Shown piece after piece: positions 26,343 through 32,000 of a stretch of DNA of 32,000 nt (the stretch's first letter is position 1; each line of letters starts with the position of its first letter). The position numbers were made by a program, and so were the translations under genes. The DNA lies in the NCBI GenBank assembly GCA_963704705.1, contig OY969931.1, forward strand, positions 240,001 through 272,000, written 5' to 3'. The notes beneath the pieces were generated by a model that was given only the letters and a program-made list of their open reading frames with translations, ran no database searches and was not told the DNA's origin. The stretch is from an uncultured bacterium (GTDB lineage Bacteria > Patescibacteriota > Gracilibacteria > UBA1369 > PNNO01).

Positions 26343-26715
26343 ACAAAAATCGAATCCTATCAACGTTCAATATTTGTTTTTGTTTTGAAGCTGAGAATTT
26401 TTTTGATTTTTGTTTTTTTATGGAGACTATCCCATAAGATTTTTAGCCTGCTTTGCTTTGGCTTATAGTTTTTAGTCCTGCCACAGACCGTCTGTTTCCG
26501 TGAAGACTCATGTGCATAAAGCGACAAGGTTTCACCAGACAAAAGTGAGCGGTTCGGGGAGTCAGATCCGAACCATCACAGAGCAGAATATCTAAGTAAT
26601 CAAAGAGTATTTAATTACTCTGCATTTTCTGCTATGTTTTTAAGGTCTAATTGTCAAAGAAATAATTTTGATTCCTGTATGGCATGATCTCATCGTTCTT
26701 TCTAATCTAGCGTTT
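26317..26715 (-). ncRNA. Candidate ~400-nt non-coding RNA gene of unknown family
   Basis: Bounded by a strong minus-strand promoter and terminator, with no convincing ORF. Multiple internal inverted repeats, e.g. GGTTCGG-N10-CCGAACC; GTCTG+GTGAA pairing with TTCAC-GGAAA-CAGAC; AGCAGA/TCTGCT enclosing AGTAAT/ATTACT. Confidence 0.6.
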
Positions 26716-26721
26716 CATATA

Positions 26722-26750
26722 ATTATATAAAATCTAACTAAATTAGTCAA
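26722..26750 (-). promoter_or_regulatory. Sigma70-like promoter (TTGACT - N17 - TATAAT) on minus strand
   Basis: -35 at 26750-26745, -10 at 26727-26722, 17-nt spacer. Confidence 0.75.
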
Positions 26751-26789
26751 AATATACAGATGGACATATCCTAGTTAACTATTCTGCCT

Positions 26790-27494
26790 ATGAGGCTGAT
26801 TCCGATCAAAACTCGTACAATAAAGCCAAAAGACGACCTCGTTCAATTGATTGGTAAACCTTTGAAAAACAAGGATATTTTAGTTATTGCATCAAAGGTA
26901 CTGGCTTATTCGCAGGGCAGAATTATGGATGCGGACAGTAAAATGTTCGATAAAATAGTAGAAAAAGAAGGGAAAAAGCTTTTTCCAACCAATTATTGCA
27001 ATTTAACATTTAAAGACGGGCATTTAATTCCCAATGCTGGAGTTGATAAATCAAATACTCCAAAAGGTCAGATAGTTTTATGGCCAAAGAATTCATTTAA
27101 AGAAGCAGAAAAATTACAAAAAGAACTCCGAGCAAAATTTAAAATAAGCAATTTGGGCATTATTGTCAGTGATTCAACATGCGCACCGCTTCGCGTTGGA
27201 GTACATGGCATTTCAATTGGTCATTTTGGATTTGAAGGTGTAGAGGATGTGCGCGGCTCAAAAGATATTTTCGGCAAACCACTTAAAGTAACCCGTCGCA
27301 ACCTGGCTGATTCGCTTGCTGATGCAGCTACTATTCTAATGGGTGAATCTGACGCTCGCGTTCCTTTTGTAATTATTCGGGATGCTCCGGTTAAATTCAG
27401 CAATGCGAAAGTGCGAAGGGGTTTTATTAGATTGAAATCCGACCTTTATTACGGTATTTATAATAATGAATTTAAGAAATTTTTAACACGTTAG
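26790..27494 (+). CDS. CofE-like (COG1478) gamma-glutamyl ligase family protein
   Basis: LVIASKVLAYSQGRI, SDSTCAPLRVGVHGISIGHFGFEGVEDVRGSKDIFGKPLKVTRRNLADSLADAATILMGES resemble F420-0:gamma-glutamyl ligase family motifs. Confidence 0.8.
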   Translation: MRLIPIKTRTIKPKDDLVQLIGKPLKNKDILVIASKVLAYSQGRIMDADSKMFDKIVEKEGKKLFPTNYCNLTFKDGHLIPNAGVDKSNTPKGQIVLWPKNSFKEAEKLQKELRAKFKISNLGIIVSDSTCAPLRVGVHGISIGHFGFEGVEDVRGSKDIFGKPLKVTRRNLADSLADAATILMGESDARVPFVIIRDAPVKFSNAKVRRGFIRLKSDLYYGIYNNEFKKFLTR

Positions 27495-27497
27495 CCT

Positions 27498-28088
27498 ATG
27501 TTCAAAATAGCAGTACTCGCTTCTACAAACGGTACTGATCTGCAGGCAATAATCGATGAAATGAATAGAAATGAAATGCCGGGCATCGAACTTTCAGTAG
27601 TTTTAAGCAATAAAGAAGATTCAGGGGCTTTAGTCCGTGCAAGACATCAAGGTTATGAAGCTGTTTTTATCAATCCCAAAGATAAAACCCGCGAAGAATT
27701 CGATAAAGAAATGGCGGTTATTTTAAAAGAAAAGAAAGTGGATTTGATTTGTCTTATTGGCTACATGCGTATTTTAAGTCCTTGGTTTGTTAAAGAATTC
27801 GAGGGAAAAATTATAAATGTGCATCCTGCACTTAATATGCAAAAATATGCCGGTCCGGGTGCAATGAATCTTAATGTTCATAAAGCGGTTATTGAAAATG
27901 GAGAAAAAGAATCGGGCTGCACAATTCATTATGTAACTGAAGAAGTGGATGGTGGCCCGATTATTGCTCAGGCTGATGTTGTAGTTGAAGAAGGGGAAAC
28001 TCCTGAAACATTAAAAAAGAAAGTTCAGGCACAGGAAAAACTTTTATATCCGGAAGTAATAAGAAGAATTGCAAGAGGGGAGGCTTAA
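27498..28088 (+). CDS. purN: Phosphoribosylglycinamide formyltransferase (PurN)-like
   Basis: FKIAVLASTNGTDLQAIID, LIGYMRILSPWFVKEFEGKIINVHPAL, GCTIHYVTEEVDGGPIIAQADV; retains the N-x-H...D catalytic pattern. Confidence 0.85.
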   Translation: MFKIAVLASTNGTDLQAIIDEMNRNEMPGIELSVVLSNKEDSGALVRARHQGYEAVFINPKDKTREEFDKEMAVILKEKKVDLICLIGYMRILSPWFVKEFEGKIINVHPALNMQKYAGPGAMNLNVHKAVIENGEKESGCTIHYVTEEVDGGPIIAQADVVVEEGETPETLKKKVQAQEKLLYPEVIRRIARGEA

Positions 28089-29329
28089 TTCAAGTTAATT
28101 AAAATCAAATCTCCCAAGTTTGTACCTGTGCGGCCAGTAATTATTAAACCGTCGGTTTCTTTGAAGAAACTGTATGAATTGTTTCGTTCAAGATATTTTT
28201 CGAGGTTCATGTCTTTTTCTTTTGCTATTTTAAGGGTTTCAGCGTCAGCTATTGCTCCTGCGACGTTTTCAGGGCAAATACCATCAACACCATCAGTTCC
28301 GATTGCAGCTATTGTGAAATCACGACCTTCATTTAATTGGCTCAAACAAGCGAGTACAAATTGCTGATTGCGGCCGCCGTAGCCGTCTCCTTTTACATCA
28401 ACAGTTGTTTCGCCGGCTAAAATGTAAATTGTTTCTGAAGGCTGTAAGCGATTAAGCAGTATTGTTGCCTGCTGATTACAGTCACCTTCCAGATTGGTAG
28501 ATTGAATTTTTGCAAGTTCTCCGTCTTTTGTAAGATATCTATATGCTTTTAATGCTGCTGTTTCATGGTTTGCGAGTATATGTGTTTCAACTTTTTCAAC
28601 TGATCTTGGAGTATCCGTTTCCGCTGTTTCAAGATATTTGCGCACATTTTCCGGGGTATTATCCCAAAGTTTATTTCTTTTAAGTACATCAACTGCATCA
28701 TTAAATGTTGTTGCATCAGGGTAAAAAGGGCCTGAAGCAATTGTACTTAAATCATCACCCACAACATCACTTATCACCAGTTGAAGTACCGGGCAAGGGT
28801 AAGATGCTTTTGCCAAAAGTCCTCCTTTTACCTGTGAAAGATGCTTTCTTACTATATTTATATCCTGAATTCTTACACTGGCTTTAATTAAAAGTTCGGT
28901 TGTCGCTATTTTATCTTCCAAACTGATATCATCAACAGGAAGAGACATTAATGCTGATCCTCCGCCTGAAATAAGCGCTATTATTAAGTCGTTTTCAGTG
29001 GCGTTATTGCAAATGTCCAAAATTTTACGTGCGCCTTCAACTGAATTTAAATTTGGATAAGGGTGTGATCCGAAAACATATTCGATTTTATTTAAATTAG
29101 GCTCTTCATCGCCTTCCGGAATAATTACGAGACCTTTTGTAATCCAGTTTCCTACTAATTCTTCAATTGCTTCTGCCATTCGTGAAGCACCTTTGCCGGC
29201 TCCTACAACATAAATATGTTCACGGCCTTCAAAATCGTATTTTTCGCAAAATTTCTTTACCAAATGTTTTGGATTTATTTGTGCCAAAACATGATTGAAT
29301 GTGTCTAAAAAAAGTTTTTTATTGGACAT
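28085..29329 (-). CDS. Glycerate 2-kinase (GckA/MOFRL/DUF4147 family)
   Basis: YVVGAGKGASRMAEAIE, LISGGGSALMSLP, LSQVKGGLLAKA, ISDVVGDDLSTIASGPF, AGETTVDVKGDGYGGRNQQF, GTDGVDG. Confidence 0.9.
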   Translation of the reverse strand: MSNKKLFLDTFNHVLAQINPKHLVKKFCEKYDFEGREHIYVVGAGKGASRMAEAIEELVGNWITKGLVIIPEGDEEPNLNKIEYVFGSHPYPNLNSVEGARKILDICNNATENDLIIALISGGGSALMSLPVDDISLEDKIATTELLIKASVRIQDINIVRKHLSQVKGGLLAKASYPCPVLQLVISDVVGDDLSTIASGPFYPDATTFNDAVDVLKRNKLWDNTPENVRKYLETAETDTPRSVEKVETHILANHETAALKAYRYLTKDGELAKIQSTNLEGDCNQQATILLNRLQPSETIYILAGETTVDVKGDGYGGRNQQFVLACLSQLNEGRDFTIAAIGTDGVDGICPENVAGAIADAETLKIAKEKDMNLEKYLERNNSYSFFKETDGLIITGRTGTNLGDLILINLN

Positions 29330-30293
29330 CTTCGTTAACTAGGAATTCAGGTTTTTGGCCTTCAAGCGCAGCGATCAGGTTTCGCGCAGCTATGTTTCCC
29401 ATTTCTTCCCTCACTGCTTGTTCAGCCGAACCTATATGAGGTAATAATACCACATTATCCAGCTCAGCAAGACCTGGTTCTAATTTTGGTTCATTTTCAT
29501 ATACATCAAGACCGGCTCCAAAAATCTTTTTAGCCTTTAAAGCTTCAACTAAAGCCTTTTCTTTAATGATAGGTCCGCGAGCAATATTAAAAATAATTGC
29601 GGTTGTTTTCATTAAAGCGAATTTGGATTCATCTATTAAATGATGTGTTTCCGGCACATAAACAGTTGAAATACAAATAAAATCAGCTGAACCACAAAGT
29701 TCATCAAGCTCAACTCTTTTGGCTCCGGTTTCTTTTTCAAAGTCTTCTTTATTGCTTCTGTCAGAATAAATAATATCCATGCCAAAACCTTTATGCATTT
29801 TCATACCTATGTCCTGGCCGATTCTTCCGCAGCCAACTATTCCTAAAGTTTTTCCTGTTACCTGCATTCCCAAAAACATATTTGGTGCCCATCCATCAAA
29901 TTTACCTGCGCGTGTGTAGCGGTCAGCTTCTGCAATTCTGCGTGCAACCGAAAACATCAATGCAATACCGGTATCAGCTGTTGCTGAAGTTAGCACACCC
30001 GGAGTATTTGTAATTTTGATTCCGCGCTCTGTAGCAGCATCCAAATCAATATTATTAAAACCAACAGCATAATTTGAAATAACTTTTAACTGATCGCCCG
30101 CAATATCCATAACTTCAGCATCCATTTTGTCATTTAATAAGCTTAAAATTCCATCACAGCCTTTTACTTTTTCAAGCAAAACATCGCGATCAACAACTTT
30201 ATCATCAGGATTAACCTCAACATCGTATCCTTTGTCTTCAAGCATCTGTACGGCATTTCCGGGAATTTGGCGTGTTACGTATACTTTAGGCAT
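29319..30293 (-). CDS. D-2-hydroxyacid dehydrogenase, glyoxylate/hydroxypyruvate reductase (GyaR)-like
   Basis: GKTLGIVGCGRIGQDIG Rossmann motif, NIARGPIIKEKALVEAL, GLDVYENEP, LLPHIGSA. Confidence 0.88.
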   Translation of the reverse strand: MPKVYVTRQIPGNAVQMLEDKGYDVEVNPDDKVVDRDVLLEKVKGCDGILSLLNDKMDAEVMDIAGDQLKVISNYAVGFNNIDLDAATERGIKITNTPGVLTSATADTGIALMFSVARRIAEADRYTRAGKFDGWAPNMFLGMQVTGKTLGIVGCGRIGQDIGMKMHKGFGMDIIYSDRSNKEDFEKETGAKRVELDELCGSADFICISTVYVPETHHLIDESKFALMKTTAIIFNIARGPIIKEKALVEALKAKKIFGAGLDVYENEPKLEPGLAELDNVVLLPHIGSAEQAVREEMGNIAARNLIAALEGQKPEFLVNEDVQ

Positions 30294-31491
30294 TGAGTCG
30301 TGTGGTTATATAATTTTTAATACGTGAAAGTCCTTCTTTTATGTCTTCTTCAGTTGAAACATAAGAGAATCTTACAAAGTCATCTCCGAATTGGCCGAAT
30401 ACAGTACCCGGCAAAATTAAAACATGCGCTTCTTTCATGATATCATCTGCAAGCTGAGGCGCATCGATTCCCCATTTATCGAGCAGTTCGCGAACATTCA
30501 CCATTAAATAGAATGCTCCTTTTGGCGATTTGCAGCTGAACCCAGGAATATCATTCACTAATTCAACCATTAAATCGCGTCGTTTTTTATATTCATCCAG
30601 CATTTCTTTAACGCGGTCTTGTGGGCCTGTCAGGGCTTCAAGAGCAGCATACTGCGCAATTGTATTTGTGCAGCTCACATCGTTTGTAGCCAGGCGCTCC
30701 AAATAATGCATCATCTCTTTATTTTTTGTGAGGCCCCATCCTATTCTGTAGCCGGTCATTGCGTAAGTTTTTGAGCATCCGTTTAGCATAACTGTTCTTT
30801 CAGGCATTCCTTCAATGCTCATTAAAGAATGATGCTCACCTTCATGCACCATTTGATCGTAGATTTCATCGCTTAGAACCCAAAGGTCGTGTTTTTTCGC
30901 GATTTCAGCAATTTGTTCGATTAGTTCTTTTGTAAAAACACCTCCTGTTGGATTTTGAGGAGTGTTAATTATTATAAGTTTGGTTTTGTCAGTTATTTTT
31001 GATTCAAGATCTTCGGCTGTAAAATTAAAATCATTTTCTTCTTTTAGCTGAATCGGCACAACTACTCCTCCCAAATACTCAGTCACAGAGCCATAAATGG
31101 GATATGACGGATTAGGCACAATTACTTCATCTCCTTCATCAATCAAAGCCTGAATCATATAAAACATGATTGGCTTGCCACCCGGCACAACAACAACATC
31201 TTCAGCAACAAAAGGCTCACAACTGTATTTGCTGTAAAAGTCGGCAATGGCTTCTCGCAATTGAGGAATCCCCGGCGAAGGAGTGTAGTGCGTTTGATTA
31301 TCTTTAATTGCTTTGATTGCTGCTTCATTAATATTAGCCGGAGTATCAAAGCCGGGCTCACCTATTTGAAGATAAACAAGCGATTTGCCTTGTGGTTTTA
31401 GAACTTCGTTTTCAAATTTTTTGGCCTTGGTTATAACAGAGAATGCGTTTTCTGTTCCAAGGCGGGGCATTCTTTTTGCAAATGATTTCAT
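30286..31491 (-). CDS. PLP-dependent class I/II aminotransferase
   Basis: HYTPSPGIPQLREAIADFY, NTPQNPTGGVF, LSDEIYDQM, GCSKTYAMTGYRIGW, VRFSYVSTEEDI. Confidence 0.92.
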   Translation of the reverse strand: MKSFAKRMPRLGTENAFSVITKAKKFENEVLKPQGKSLVYLQIGEPGFDTPANINEAAIKAIKDNQTHYTPSPGIPQLREAIADFYSKYSCEPFVAEDVVVVPGGKPIMFYMIQALIDEGDEVIVPNPSYPIYGSVTEYLGGVVVPIQLKEENDFNFTAEDLESKITDKTKLIIINTPQNPTGGVFTKELIEQIAEIAKKHDLWVLSDEIYDQMVHEGEHHSLMSIEGMPERTVMLNGCSKTYAMTGYRIGWGLTKNKEMMHYLERLATNDVSCTNTIAQYAALEALTGPQDRVKEMLDEYKKRRDLMVELVNDIPGFSCKSPKGAFYLMVNVRELLDKWGIDAPQLADDIMKEAHVLILPGTVFGQFGDDFVRFSYVSTEEDIKEGLSRIKNYITTRLNA

Positions 31492-32000
31492 GATTTGCGT
31501 TGGATTACTTTTTTAGATTGTTGAATGATTTCTTTAGAAGTGATTCCATGTTTTTCCATAAGTTCGCGTGGTTGTCCTGATTCTCCAAAAGTGTCATTTA
31601 TTCCCACCATTTCAACCGGAACCGCATAGTTCTGAGCCAAAACTTCCATAACAGCGCTGCCCATTCCACCGGCCATCTGGTGTTCTTCAGCAGTTACAAC
31701 TGCGCCGGTTTTTTGCGCTGAAGCAATAATCGCGTCTTTATCAATAGGTTTGATTGTATGTAGATTTATAACTTCAGCTTCAATGCCTTCTTTTGCAAGT
31801 TCTTCAGCTGCATCTAGTGATTCTGCAACCATTGGTCCGCATGCAATAATTGTTACATCGCTGCCTTCTCTCATAATATTAGCTTTGCCAACCTCAAAAG
31901 GCGCATCTTCACCGGTTACAACCGGAACTTTTTCGCGACCGAATCTTATGTAAACAGGGCCATTAATTTTTTCCGCAGCAAGAACCGCTTTTTTGGTTTC
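31488..32000 (-). CDS. Transketolase, C-terminal subunit or region; 5' end truncated by window
   Basis: The frame stays open to the window edge: ...AAEKINGPVYIRFGREKVPVVTGEDAPFEVGKANIMREGSDVTIIACGPMVAESLDAAEEL...TAEEHQMAGGMGSAVMEVLA. Confidence 0.88.
   Translation of the reverse strand, partial: ETKKAVLAAEKINGPVYIRFGREKVPVVTGEDAPFEVGKANIMREGSDVTIIACGPMVAESLDAAEELAKEGIEAEVINLHTIKPIDKDAIIASAQKTGAVVTAEEHQMAGGMGSAVMEVLAQNYAVPVEMVGINDTFGESGQPRELMEKHGITSKEIIQQSKKVIQRKS

Noticed and set aside
26360-26542. 60-aa minus-strand ORF (MSGETLSLYAHESSRK...)
   Set aside because: TTG start, no family resemblance, overlaps strong RNA helices; probably chance inside the RNA candidate.
26317-26715. tmRNA identity, suggested by size and a GGATTCGA stretch near 26352
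   Set aside because: The GGATTCGATT is not flanked by a complementary T-stem, there is no matching acceptor-like 5' end and no plausible tag reading frame.
1-32000. CRISPR array, defence island, prophage or transposon
   Set aside because: No regularly spaced direct repeats, cas, restriction, toxin-antitoxin, integrase or transposase-like products were recognised. The gene content is housekeeping and metabolic.

Overview
This is a gene-dense window with low-to-moderate GC and mostly housekeeping genes. It looks like a reduced-genome, CPR/Patescibacteria-type bacterium. The lineage call is inference, resting mainly on a 601-aa AlaRS that ends after the editing/SAD domain and on an abundance of DUF4012/DUF3352-type proteins. 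UGA is used as a stop (miaB), so genetic code 25 is unlikely. Recognisable genes are a Na/Pi-cotransporter family protein, miaB, alaS, DUF3352 and DUF4012 proteins, mutL, mutS, lexA, LemA-family and PH-domain membrane proteins, murG, ftsW, lspA, aroE, mscS-like, a CofE/COG1478-like ligase, purN-like, glycerate 2-kinase, glyoxylate/hydroxypyruvate reductase, an aminotransferase, and the C-terminal part of a transketolase. I see no CRISPR array, transposase, rRNA, tRNA or obvious defence island. The most interesting signals are non-coding: (1) a ~205-nt structured RNA candidate at ~2241-2445 (+) with a TTGACA-N17-TATCAT promoter and three cUUCGg-capped hairpins; (2) a ~400-nt orphan RNA gene candidate at ~26317-26715 (-) with a TTGACT-N17-TATAAT promoter and a strong intrinsic terminator; (3) a lexA promoter in which one palindromic operator (GTGAG-N6-CTCAC) fills the 17-bp spacer and a second abuts the -10; (4) a structured 571-bp mutS-lexA intergenic region; (5) small TTAC-N3-GTAA palindromes upstream of alaS and in frame inside mutS. 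Also notable are an overlapping operon suggesting a hydroxypyruvate -> glycerate -> 2-phosphoglycerate route, a CofE-like/PurN-like pair, and a Met-rich tetrapeptide-repeat protein. All motif coordinates were read by eye and may be off by 1-2 nt.
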